64,000 bases of DNA from Fistulifera solaris (taxonomy: Eukaryota): assembly GCA_030295235.1 (NCBI GenBank), contig AP026154.1, forward strand, positions 62,001 through 126,000, in the 5' to 3' direction. A program made the position numbers and the translations under genes. The notes beneath the pieces were generated by a model. The model made no database searches. It had not been told where the DNA came from and worked only from the letters and a program-made list of their open reading frames with translations. This document shows positions 25,041-36,527 of the stretch, piece by piece (within the stretch, counting starts at the first letter, position 1; each line of letters starts with the position of its first letter).

Positions 25041-25525
25041 TTCAGCTGTCTTTCGCTGGCTTATCCAAGATAGTTGCGTTTGAAGTGATACTTCAAGTCA
25101 AATAGAAAACGAAGAAGAATGATACGTGTCTTCGATGATTACATTCAAAGAGCAGCAAAGACGCTCTCGCCAGTCGAATGAATATTATCGAGGGATGCAT
25201 CTCATTGCGCGGTAATAAAAAAAATCTTGGCGTGTGTGAACGTTTTTCCCTGACTGCATTTTTCAGTCATGAAAATAATGAGAGTACTATAGCTCCAAAG
25301 TGTTGGCTGGTTTTCATCGCGACTGGATTTCAGTCCCGAAATCGAACCTTACTGAAGGATATATTCATTTTTGCGACGCAACAACGCGTGTAATTATTAC
25401 AAAGTATACTTTGAATTACTGGATCCAGTTGCAGTCCTTGGTTCATTCTTTTACTTTATTATTTTTTACTACTGAAACTCTTTCAATCAACATTCATGAA
25501 CGGGTTCGCAAGCCTTGTCAGTCGC

Positions 25526-28399
25526 TCATCCGAAAAGGAAAGAAACGCACGCCCATAACAGCAACGATCCATTCGACCACGACGCCGCGCCACTTTCTGG
25601 CTCGCCCGACACTTCGTCTTGACGTGAAGTCGTATTCAATGCCGTCACATTTGCAATAGTCTCATTTCCTTTCGCCAAAGATGGTACATCGGAAGGAATG
25701 GTCGATGCAACAACCGTAGGTTGAGGTGACACGGTGGGTGCAGCTTCCGGCTCGACATTGCTGATGGAGGGAATGTCGGACGGAATAGTCGACGCCTGAG
25801 GATCTGTAGAAGGAACTTCTTGTGGCTCGGCAGGGATCGACGAGGGAATGTCCGAAGGAATAGTCGAAACTTGCGGAGCTGTAGAAGGGACGCTTTCCAC
25901 TTCCACTGGGATAGAAGACGGGATATCAGAAGGAATAGTTGATGCCTGTGGAGCTGTAGAAGGAACTCCTTCCGGTTCAACAAGCAATAAAGAGGGAACG
26001 TCCGAAGGAGTATCCGCAGCAGCATCTGTGGAAGGTTGCAAAGACATCGTTGGGATACTTTCTGGATCCAAATTAGTAATCACAGAGGGAATATCGGAAG
26101 GAACGTCGGAAATTACCGAAGGAGACATTGTGGGGACATTTTCAGGTTCTACATCGACTGAGGAGGGAATATCGGATTGAAAATCGGAGGGAAGATCCGA
26201 TGCCAAGTCAGACGGTTGTGGAGATATTGTAGGAATGTCTTGCGGATCGACGCCGATAGAAGGAAAGTCAGACGGAACATCGGAGGGAACGTCGGAAGCG
26301 TCTTCGGGTTCGACCGGTGGAATAAGAACCGTGTCAATCACGTGTAGAAGTCCGTTACGTGCGAGGACGTTCGGTTGTAAAGTGCTTGCTTCTGAATTCA
26401 CCAAAGGGCTGTCGTTGACCAGACTAATCTCTAGCGTCGGTCCAAGCACTGTTTCAAGAACATCTCCATCTTCCAGCAAAAAGTCAGGATACACATTGTA
26501 ACACAAATGATACAACAGAACGGTACGCACGGCCTCGGGGTTGCTTGTGAGAGTGGACAAGGCATCACTGGGAATGGCGGCGAATGCTTCGTTAGTTGGA
26601 GCGAACATGGTTCGATTCATGGCCGTCAACTCATCTTCGGCTCCCACTGAGGCTACCAACTCGGACAACGTCGTCAAGCTCTCCAAGCCATTGACAACAT
26701 CGAGCAGTGTTTGTGTCATGAAGGTCGGGAACATCAAGTCACGAACTTTATGAACGTAGCCGTTGCTGGCAGCATAGTTGGATTCGAGGATTGGGTTGTC
26801 AGAAAAGGCAAAGCCGTTGACATAAATATCGATGTGGTTACTGCGCAAGTTAGCGGAGTCCCTTGTAAAGTAAATGGCTTCTCCCCACATTGTTTCCGTG
26901 CTGAATCCGTCCACGAACACATCAGACGTGGCGGGGTACGGCAACAAGTGGAATAAAAGAATGCATGTTAGATGAACTCGCCAGTTTTCCGTCAACATAT
27001 ACGCAGGTGTGTCCACCAAGGCATTGTTAACTGGGGCAAATAACGTCAGAGCCACAGAATTGTTTGACAACAACTCGTCCATGCCTGTTGTGTCGACAAG
27101 CGTCACCAACGTTGCCAAATCATCATCCTGTTGAATCACATCATAAATTGTAGAGTCCCCTGTAACCGTGATGGATGTATCTTGAGCCGTGGGTGTGATA
27201 GTGGGCAAATAAGATGGAGTTGGAATGTCAGTTAAAGTGTTTTCAACAGTGGGTGATGGAGTAACTCCCGGTTCGACTGGAGCTTCTGTATCCCTATCGA
27301 TGGAACCATAAGCTTCAGTTGGGGAGAGCGTCGGATATTCCGTATCAAACGATCCATTGGCGGGCGCTTCAGTGGAGCCTCTTGTATCAGTTGGGGAGAG
27401 CGTCGGGTATTCCGTGGCAGAGGATCTATCAGTAGGGGACGAAGTTTTGCGGTCCGTGTCGGAATGGCCGGCTTTGCTGCTAGGTGCAGGCGTTCTGCGC
27501 TCTCTGTCCACGGAATGACCCGCTTTGCTGCTAGGTGCAGGCGTTCTGCGCTCTCTGTCAACGGAATGACCGGCTTTGCTGCTGGGGGCAGGCGTTCTGC
27601 GCTCTCTGTCAACGGAATGACCCGCTTTGCTGCTAGGTGCAGGCGTTCTGCGCTCTCTGTCCACGGAATGACCCGCTTTGCTGCTAGGTGCAGGCGTTCT
27701 GCGCTCTCTGTCAACGGAATGACCGGCTTTGCTGCTGGGGGCAGGCGTTCTGCGCTCTCTGTCAACGGAATGACCCGCTTTGCTGCTAGGTGCAGGCGTT
27801 CTGCGCTCTCTGTCAACGGAATGACCGGCTTTGCTGCTGGGGGCAGGCGTTCTGCGCTCTCTGTCAACGGAATGACCGGCTTTGCTGCTGGGGGCAGGCG
27901 TTCTGCGCTCTCTGTCAACGGAGTGACCCGCTTTGCTGCTAGGGGCAGGTGTCTTGCGCTCTCTGTCTTTGGAATGACCAGCTTTACTACTAGGGGCAGG
28001 TGTCCTGCGCTTTCTGTCTGTAGAATGACCCGTTTTGCTGCTAGGGGAAGGCGTCGCGTGTTCTTGAGCGACGTAGTCGTCTTCGGAAGTCGGGGATAAA
28101 ATCGTATTCTCCTTGTGGTCAATTTTGTGGGAGGGAGCGCGATGCTTTTTTACGGGGTCTTTGCGAGAATGGTGAGATTTGATACGTTTCTTGTCACCAG
28201 AACCCTTTTTGCGAGAATGGGACGGTGGCTGATGCTTATCTGGGTAACGAGATGTTACCGCTTGAGACCTTTCGACGGTATCGCCTTTGTAACCACGAGA
28301 TGGATCCATGTAGTCGTATTCGATCTTGTTGTGATGACTGACACCAGAAGCGAGAGCCATCATGGGCAAGAGAGAAAGGAGGATTGGTCGAAACAGCAT
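25526..28399 (-). CDS. Large secreted protein: Lys/His/Arg-rich N-terminus, 17-aa tandem repeats, 2x FAS1, PSDxPS stalk, GPI-like tail
   Basis: Intact 957-aa ORF. Signal MLFRPILLSLLPMMALA. FAS1 motifs TLFAPVNNA, ASNGYVHKV, TMFAPTNEAF and NGLLHVIDTVL. Tail SGAASWSNGSLLLWACVSFLFG*. Confidence 0.93.
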   Translation of the reverse strand: MLFRPILLSLLPMMALASGVSHHNKIEYDYMDPSRGYKGDTVERSQAVTSRYPDKHQPPSHSRKKGSGDKKRIKSHHSRKDPVKKHRAPSHKIDHKENTILSPTSEDDYVAQEHATPSPSSKTGHSTDRKRRTPAPSSKAGHSKDRERKTPAPSSKAGHSVDRERRTPAPSSKAGHSVDRERRTPAPSSKAGHSVDRERRTPAPSSKAGHSVDRERRTPAPSSKAGHSVDRERRTPAPSSKAGHSVDRERRTPAPSSKAGHSVDRERRTPAPSSKAGHSVDRERRTPAPSSKAGHSVDRERRTPAPSSKAGHSDTDRKTSSPTDRSSATEYPTLSPTDTRGSTEAPANGSFDTEYPTLSPTEAYGSIDRDTEAPVEPGVTPSPTVENTLTDIPTPSYLPTITPTAQDTSITVTGDSTIYDVIQQDDDLATLVTLVDTTGMDELLSNNSVALTLFAPVNNALVDTPAYMLTENWRVHLTCILLFHLLPYPATSDVFVDGFSTETMWGEAIYFTRDSANLRSNHIDIYVNGFAFSDNPILESNYAASNGYVHKVRDLMFPTFMTQTLLDVVNGLESLTTLSELVASVGAEDELTAMNRTMFAPTNEAFAAIPSDALSTLTSNPEAVRTVLLYHLCYNVYPDFLLEDGDVLETVLGPTLEISLVNDSPLVNSEASTLQPNVLARNGLLHVIDTVLIPPVEPEDASDVPSDVPSDFPSIGVDPQDIPTISPQPSDLASDLPSDFQSDIPSSVDVEPENVPTMSPSVISDVPSDIPSVITNLDPESIPTMSLQPSTDAAADTPSDVPSLLLVEPEGVPSTAPQASTIPSDIPSSIPVEVESVPSTAPQVSTIPSDIPSSIPAEPQEVPSTDPQASTIPSDIPSISNVEPEAAPTVSPQPTVVASTIPSDVPSLAKGNETIANVTALNTTSRQDEVSGEPESGAASWSNGSLLLWACVSFLFG
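27461..28054 (-). repeat. Coding minisatellite, 51-bp unit, 11 full units plus 1 partial
   Basis: The unit encodes TPAPSSKAGHSVDRERR, and nine units are identical at the protein level. Confidence 0.97.
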
Positions 28400-29081
28400 G
28401 TTATCAGCAGAGTTTTTGATACATCAGACCGATGCAAATAATAAGAGAATTGGGCCGTCAATACATCTTGTTTTTTGTGCTTGATTGAGAACCCTCAAGG
28501 CCTTCGCTGTCTCTTCTCCAATGTCTCCATAATACTCTGATTCGTGGTGAGGCTTTTCCGAATTCGGTTGACAATGATGTATAAGTGATGAATGCATCGG
28601 AGACTGTACCTTAAATCTTTTACAAAAGTTATCATAAGTGCAAGATCACGATCGAGCGCGTGAACTGCATTGTCCCAACTCGGGCGGCTTCTCTCCTAAA
28701 TAAAACGGGACATGCTGCTACGACGAATTCTTTGTGCTTTCATTACTGCCCTCCTCTGTCAAACTTCTTTTTTCTGGTCTACCAACGGTGCCAGGGGCCT
28801 CCATCTATCCTTAAACCATCTGCCTAAAACGACGAGTCAAACATTCGCAGGAACTTAGAATAAGATGTTTGCACAATGCATGGGATAGGAACCGCCAGCA
28901 TTATTATTCTAAACCGTAGCTAATATAATCATGTTGACCTATTTGACGAAACGATGAATAGGTCGATGTCTTATGCGACTAGCGCAGTTTGTCTGCTATC
29001 AGAGTAGAACTGTTTCGACACAATAAATGCAATCTAGGTAAACTTAATGAAGAATTATTTTGTCGAACAATGAGCGACATT

Positions 29082-29430
29082 CTACGCAAACAGCAAATTA
29101 GCCGCAATAAGAACTCCCGACATCATTAGCCGAAAACAGGAGTTCTCTTGGATACTACCCGATTGAAGTATTCCAGATACCACTGGCTGGGCTGTGATTG
29201 ATGTCGTCGAAAGAAAATTGCTTGGACTGATGGAGGGTGCAATAAATGGCGTTCCTGTCCTTGGTTTTAGATCGGCAGCCGACACCGGGCCGGATGTTAC
29301 CGAAACGGAAGCGACGTTTGGCATGATAGTGTGTACAACCTGAGGGGGAATGCGTCGTCATCGCCGTTTGGGCCGCCGCCGTTCCAAGAAGAAATATCTT
29401 GGCAAGGCCAATCCATTTTCTTCTCATCAT
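29082..29430 (-). CDS. Small secreted Ser/Thr/Pro-rich protein with hydrophobic tail; frameshift at 29344-29348
   Basis: MMRRKWIGLAKIFLLGTAAAQ leader. Removing one base of the 5-nt run joins it to ...MPNVASVSVTS...LMMSGVLIAANLLFA*. Confidence 0.5.
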
Positions 29431-30691
29431 GATGAGTAAAAAGATTATCTGTTCAAATGTTGAAAATGGGCTGTTGGACCAAACGCATGATCGGGCATAA
29501 AGTACCTGCTAAAACATAAAAGGGTGACCCATGTCACGATCGGCGTCTCACGAAATAAGTGTTCTCGTCAAAAGTTCCTTGCTTTCAAGTGATAAGAGCA
29601 ACTCCTGATCAACTGAATAGGGTTCTGATAGCGACAGGGTAGCAACATTGCTTGCCTTAGCAGCTATGCGGCTTAGTGGCGATCTTTGTCTGCACTCTTC
29701 CCTGAGTGATGGACCTCTTTAAGTAATAAATAACTCACATGGCTGTAGATCTTCGGTATGCCGATATCGCACCGAATCAAGTGTATCACCTGAATATTTC
29801 CGCCATCAAATTTTCTTTCCATCAAGATCCGGCTGTATTTCATCGTTGAAGATTCGTCAGTTGCTACTTTGTAATGTATGAGCAGGCACATCGAGAGCTC
29901 GAACGACACAGTCTACTCGCTTCATCATAACTTTTGAACCCAGTTACGCTCAGCCTTGTATGGGAATCGCAGCGAAAAGAAAAACAGAATACGATAGGGA
30001 ATGCATCGTAATTATTTCCGATTCGACAGGTCTTGACCAATGGCTTTTCTTCTCCTCGAAAGATGCGATGATCTTTCTTCGGCCGTTAGAAGGCGACGAA
30101 GGAATAGAATAAAGAAATAAAGGAAAGTGGAGAGGCGATAAATGCCACAGACTCACTGGAAATGTGTGTTGACGAAGAAAGAAAAAGCTGTTACTGTTTA
30201 CGGTGTTGTTCGAATGCGGTCGACGGAGTCGGACCGAGATTGCGAGTTTCTCAGTTTACCAATCTCGGAGAGGGGAGAGTAGAGGGAGCAACTTGCTTGT
30301 TTTACTACTCTCTACGTTCCAACAATTATTGTTTCGGTCAGTAGGCATCTCATAATGAAACATTACGAATCAAGACTGACGAACGACAGCAAGGTTTAAA
30401 GTAGATAATGATCGTTTGCGGGCTTTCACTTATTGGAACGCTTTACATTTTGGGTTATATCTGTTGGTTTGCATCTAATGTTTGAAAAATTTAGCCCGTT
30501 GTATAACAAACGCACGCGGGTTTCAAAGTCAACTCTGTACAAAAAGCACACTCCAAGTGCGCACATCATCACCAACCTATTTTTCGCCTCATCCTTCTCA
30601 TTCATTTTCCTCATCGTTTCGGCAAAGCGCGCGGTACGCTTTCCATATTCAAAGCAAAACAACTTGGATCACAATCAACACCGTCTCTGTC

Positions 30692-32073
30692 ATGTTGTAT
30701 CTATTCCCGTTCAGCGATCTCAAACACCATGAGTTTGTTTTGCTTACTCGAAGAAAGAGGAAAGAAAGCAAACTAAAGTTCGTCTTGGGTCTACTAGTAA
30801 TAATAGCTCTCTGTTTCGGTTGCCTTCTCGATGCGTTCGTTGTAATGCAATTCGAATTGGAAATGGAATCGTATTCCGAAGAAAATCATTCTTTCGATGA
30901 AGAATTTGTTTACTTATTGAGAGGCGACACTCCGAATTCTTTACATCATCATGGTAGGAACCTGCAAAGCGAGTTCGAATCTACAGTAGACCCTATCGAT
31001 ATTCAAGCTCCTCCGTTCTCTCGAACAGAGTCTTTCGCAGGTTGTCTGCTTCTTTTAGATCAGAACCACCGATTGACCGAGTGGATCGCCTATCATTACT
31101 TTGCGCTTCCTTTACGAACTTTATTTATTGCTTACGACCCCAAGACAAGAGACCGTGCAACAGAATTAGTTAAACGATGGAAACATGTTATCACCATCGT
31201 TGAGTGGGATGACGCAGACTATTTGCCGGCCAACTGGACACGTCATTTGGTACCTGATCAAAAACAGAAGCCTTCACTGATGGCGCACAGAAAGCGACAG
31301 CTCTCGTTCTATCAAAAGTGCCATGAGCGTTCTGTGGAAATGGGTATTCAACGAACACTTCTTTTGGATCCAGATGAGTATCTTCGCATCAATCCGGACA
31401 TTATTCCTTCAACAATTGTCAACACCAGTGAACCAGGTCATATCACAAAGCTGTATCAGTTGCTCGAAGATCACAACAACACTTTGTTCAAAGAACAAGA
31501 GGGCGTAACATACAAAGCGAACTGCTCTGTATATCCTCGCGTACAATACACGACAATGGCACCAAACCGGCTCTACAGTGTTCCCAGAGATATCGAATAC
31601 AGTAAAACCGGACTGGTCGATTCTTTCTATTACAACACGCTGCGTTACAGGTATCGGAATATGTACAAAATGAAGCATCCAAAAGCTATCCTCAATGCCA
31701 TGCACCACGTGCCCCATCAGATCGTCAATTTACACTTTCCGCTCGATCTGCAATGCAACAAGTCAGCTTTTACACTCGACAAATCTCCTTTTCTCATCAA
31801 TCATTACATTGGAAGCTTTGGCGACTTTTTGCATGCATTTCACAGCGATGCTCGAAATGACGGACTCAATTACGCTGATCTGAATTTGCGATATGAAATG
31901 AGATCTCGTGGGCGAGGCCATGATCACCCTTTGATTTTCATTTCCGGAATCCTTTGGTAAAGGACGAAAGCATTACGAACTGGGTGCCTGCCTTCTTTGC
32001 CTGGCAATCCGAGGCGGTTGCAGAAGTCTTGCTCCGAGACACCGGTATAAGGGTATTGAACTTGAATCTTTAA
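30692..32073 (+). CDS. GT92-like (GT-A fold) glycosyltransferase, paralog A; frameshift near 31930; start uncertain
   Basis: TM segment FVLGLLVIIALCFGCLL. Motifs FAGCLLLLDQNHRLTEWIAYH, LLLDPDEY (DxDE) and INHYIGS. Adding one T near 31930 aligns the C-terminus with paralog B. Confidence 0.75.
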
Positions 32074-33164
32074 AACTAAAAGTCACCCTTCATAACTTAC
32101 GGAAAACCTAAGATTGACAATGGTTGACTCGAACGGGTTTTGAAACTATTCTGGTCGCCCCTATTGTTTGTTTCCAAATGACACAAATACGTCTACGAGC
32201 GAGTTTACCCATGCGGAAAGCCCTAGTATAAAACATGTTCTCAGTGCTCTATCTGTTGCGCGTCAAAGTATGAGAAAGCTCAACAAGAAAACCTTCGCCT
32301 CTCTTTGTCACGAAGATTTCTTAAAAGATGAGAAGGCTTTTGGGTACTAATGGCGCCGTCGTTACTGGTTCAGCTATTTCGATCTCGGCTCTCCCTGAAC
32401 TCTCTGCTGATGATGTAATTGACGTTGTATTTGTTTTTCATTTTCCTTATCAAAGCTAAAACAAAATACTCCATAGTTCGTTTCAGGTAGTGGCATCATG
32501 TCCTGCATCATAGACTTAGTCTACTCAGTTTTCATATTTGGGCTGTACTGTTGTATCGTTAGACTTTAATCAATGTTTACTGAATACCTGGTACTGAAAT
32601 GTAAAAAAAACTGGAAGCAGGCATTCTGGCATTTGTTTGGCATTTTAAATAACTTGTTATACGGTACTCCAGTACTCCATACTCCATGTGCGTCTCGCGT
32701 CTCGCACTATGCCATGTTGTAGACATCCGAATTCGCATCCTGCGTATCTAGTATGTAGTAAGCTATGCGGGCTCACAGGTCACAGCCTCCGACGTCAGGC
32801 ATCAGGCATACGAAGTAGGAAAGTAGGTAGATGGAAGATCGTCAGGGGTCATTATCAGCGATGAGCGATCGACACATCTACCAGGTACCATCGCAAAAAA
32901 ATCAACTACCCAGAAGCAAACAAACTGCTCTGACATTTCATAGGAAAAAATCAACTTTTGACTCTTCGTATCATAGGCTCTGTGCTCTGTTCTCTGTGTT
33001 GTTTTTCAAGTCGTTTACTTTCATAACCTTGGTAGATCGAGCCCTGCTTGTTCGGTATCCCTGAAAGTTTTCCTTATCGTCGACGAAGTTGGCATCTCTT
33101 CGGGTTGCCTTTTAATGACTGCTCATTACTCCGTGTCTCTAAAGCACAATACGAACGGCTTGCC

Positions 33165-34483
33165 ATGCAGAAAAGGGAAGAGAAGCGCCGTCGCTTTCAT
33201 CTTGCTACCTTCGTAACACTCTTGGTTGGCCTAAGAATTCTTTTATGCGCTGTTGATTTGTCGGGCATTGAGGTGATAGTACACGCACACGAGGAAAGAA
33301 CCTTGCAACCTGAAGAGCTATTGCCTAAGTTGTTGATCACTTCTCATATTTCCAAGCGCAACACAAGGAGAAGGGAGCAACAGAGAGCAAAAGATGTCGC
33401 GGACATTCAACTTCCTCCGTTCTCTCGCGAAGAATCTTTCGCAGGTTGCCTGCTTCTTTTGGATCAGAATCACCGACTTGCCGAATGGATTGCCTATCAC
33501 TACTTTGCACTTCCGTTGCGGACTATCATTATCGCTTACGATCCCAAGACAAAAGAGCGTCCAACAGAGTTATTGGAACGATGGAAGAATGTTATTACTT
33601 TTATCGAGTGGGAAGACGATGACTACTTGCCTCCCAATTGGGCTAACACCCCTGTAGTTTTTCGGTTTAAATGGAAGAAAATATCACCGGCATTAGAAAG
33701 GCACGAACAACGTCAACTGTTGTTTGTTCAAAAGTGTCATGAGCACGCCGTAGAGATGGGTATCAGAAGGACGCTTATTTTGGATCCGGATGAATATCTT
33801 CGCGTTAATCCAGACGTGATTCCTTCCACAATTCTTAATACCAGCGAACCAGGTCATATCACCGAACTATACCAACTGCTTGAGGATAAAAACAACACCT
33901 TATTGACAGAACAAGAGGGCGTAACTTTCAAAGCAAACTGCTCTGTTTATCCTCGCGTGCAGTACACGACAATGGCGCCAAACCAGCTGTACAGCGTTCC
34001 TGATGATATCGAATACAACGAACCCGGACTAGTCGACCCTTTCTTTTTCCGTACGTTGCGATACAGGTATCGGAACTTTTATAAAATGAAACAGCCGAAA
34101 GGGATAGTTGACGCGATGGACGGCGTACCGCATCAAATCGTCAATATGCATTTTCCGTTAGATCTGCAATGCAACAAGTCGGCTTATACGCTGGAGAAAT
34201 CTCCGTTTCTTGTTAACCATTATATTGGTAGTTTCGATGATTTCTTTCGAGCGTTTCGAAATGATGCCCGCAACGATGTTGTCAAGGATTCAGATATCCG
34301 ATCGAAATGGGAAATCAGAGCTCGAGGTCTCGGAAGCGACAAACCATTTGATTTTCATTTTTACAATCCACTGATAAAGGATAAAAGCATAACGAACTGG
34401 GTTCCGGCCTTTTTGCCTGGCAATCGGAAAAGGTTGCAAGGTTGCTGCTTCATGGCGCAGGGCTACCACCAACAAAAAGTTAA
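33165..34483 (+). CDS. GT92-like (GT-A fold) glycosyltransferase, paralog B; frameshift at T5 34410-34414
   Basis: Basic N-terminus followed by a TM segment. Same motifs as paralog A (FAGCLLLLDQNHRLAEWIAYH, LILDPDEY, VNHYIGS). The restored end WVPAFFAWQSE matches paralog A. Confidence 0.78.
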
Positions 34484-34561
34484 TGTATCGTAGCAATAGA
34501 CGTTTTTGAAGCTTGCCGGTAGTACCTGTAGTCCGTAGGATCTTCTTTTTCAGCGCTCAGA

Positions 34562-36527
34562 TCAGATATTAGTACAAATTTCTCGCGCAGTCAAGGTAAG
34601 CAAAATAACGAACAGATTGAACAAGGTAAAAGGAGAGTAGGCGGCAGAACTTGTTGCATTTGAAAGTGAAGACGCTGGGCTTTGAGATGGAGCCTCAGTG
34701 CCAGGCACAACCGGGTTGGGTATCTGGGTTCTATTCGATGAAAGGGAAGGCGGATTCACAGGTTTTTCATGCGGTGCAGTCAACGTCGGCGGGTTTGGTT
34801 GAGACGAGACTGTAGTTGAGGTCGGAGATTTCGACGGCACATCTGTCAACAGCATCTCCAACGAAGGCGGAAACAGCACGGATCCAATTACGTGAATCAG
34901 TCCATTGCCAGCAATGCCAGAATTAACTCCGATGATTTCAGATCGTTCGTCTAAGACAAATGCCCCGTTTGCTGCCACTGTCAATGTAATGTTCGTACCC
35001 GCGATTGTCTTCAGTCTGGCTTGATTTTGCAGACGAGTAGATGGATAAATGCCCTCAATGACATGATGAGATAGAATCCGAGTAAGGAGACTAATATCAT
35101 TATTCAATCCATTCATGTTGTCGATATCCCAAGCAAGGATTGCTTGATTGATTGGTGCCAGCAGCGTATATTCTTGTTTCATATCTGTGAGTGTATCCTC
35201 AAAGCCAGCTTTGGCAATTAATTGGATCATCATGCTGAAATATCCGTTTTCGGTATTTAAGATGTCAAGTAGCGATAACTCCAGAAATGGCGGCAAAAAG
35301 ACAGAATCCATCACGTGAACAACCCCTGTGAAATGAAATGAATTTCCATGCATGAGAACCCAGACGACGAATCATCGTTCAAATTCATAAAGACCAGGTT
35401 GATTGATCAACCTGTATCAAACGCACCATTTTCTGCCATTGTGTCGGCTTGCAGTACTTGACTTTGAAACCAAGGTCCGCTCAAAGTGAGACCTCCTTGT
35501 GCATCCATAGAGACCACGACATTCTCCTCCAAAACCGTGTTCACTTCGCGATTGTTTGTGAGTTGCGTGGTCAAGTAGGTTGCGTGCGACACGACATGAT
35601 AGGCCAACAGAGATCTTAAATGAATCGTCCAATTCGTATTTTCCAAGTATTTTGGATCGATTTGTTGAAAGGCATTATCGTTGGGTGCAAATACTGTGAA
35701 GTTTACCAAGGGATCCGACAGAATGTTGAGAATCCCGGTAGAGGTAGCCGCTTCTTCGAACACGAGTAATTGCGAATTTCGGGTAATGATCTCAACAACT
35801 GATTCCGCTGGGATGCTTGTCGTGGGAGAATCCAATTGTGAAAGGATGGTGGGGAGAGAACTCGGGATATTAGAGGACGGAAGTGCGGAAGGTACGTCGA
35901 CGGGCGAATCGGAGGCGTTTGACATGTCGATGAGAGAAAGTGAAGGCGATTGACTTTCTCTTTCCCCTACAACGTGAATCGTCAGGCCGGTGTAATAGAA
36001 ACTACTTTCCATTGTAGTGCTATTGTTGACGACCACCACCGTTAGATCCACTTGCAAATCGACGACTGGTGCATCCAGCGATATACGGGCCGTCGCCGAA
36101 GGTTTCAATGTGTTGTTGTTGGTGTGCATTACAGCACCGACGGTGCCGCACATGGCTACATCCGACGTCAATCCTCTCGTGGGCGTTACGACTTGATTGG
36201 CGGCGGCGCCACCGACGCGAATGAGTATTCCTCGGTATTCGCGGCCCGTGATAATAATATCAAACTCCAACGAATTGACTGTCACCTGATTGCTGCTATT
36301 GCGTCCAACGGCTTCTCCATTTACCGAAAGAGTAAAGCCGCCTGCGGGCAAAGTAGGAGAGCCGAATAATACGGGTACATGAGATCCTTGTACGGCCGGT
36401 CCTCCCGCGACACAATCGAATGCATCCAAAGGAGTTGCTTGACTGGGAACGAACCAAATGATCAGGAAAAGAATAATAATAGATTCCACCCGTAAAGTAA
36501 GAAATGTTTTATTCGAAGCATCATCAT
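34562..36527 (-). CDS. Reeler-like + 2x FAS1 fusion protein with GPI-like tail; intron 35326-35426; probable frameshift at 36467-36470
   Basis: Reeler-like YRGILIRVGG, CGTVGAVMHT and SSFYYTGLTI. FAS1 FTVFAPNDNAF, AEN|GVVHVMD (GTGCGT...CAG intron), TLLAPINQA and NGLIHVIGSVL. The likely start MMMLRIKHF at 36527 needs a one-base insertion. Confidence 0.85.

Noticed and set aside
27461..28054. CRISPR-like array
   Set aside because: The units are contiguous with no unique spacers, the period is a multiple of 3, and the array lies in frame within a eukaryotic CDS.
27232..28122. Alternative-frame and antisense ORFs (296 aa and 211 aa) over the repeat
   Set aside because: They are by-products of a stop-free 51-bp unit. 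The DNA variants are synonymous only in the 957-aa frame.
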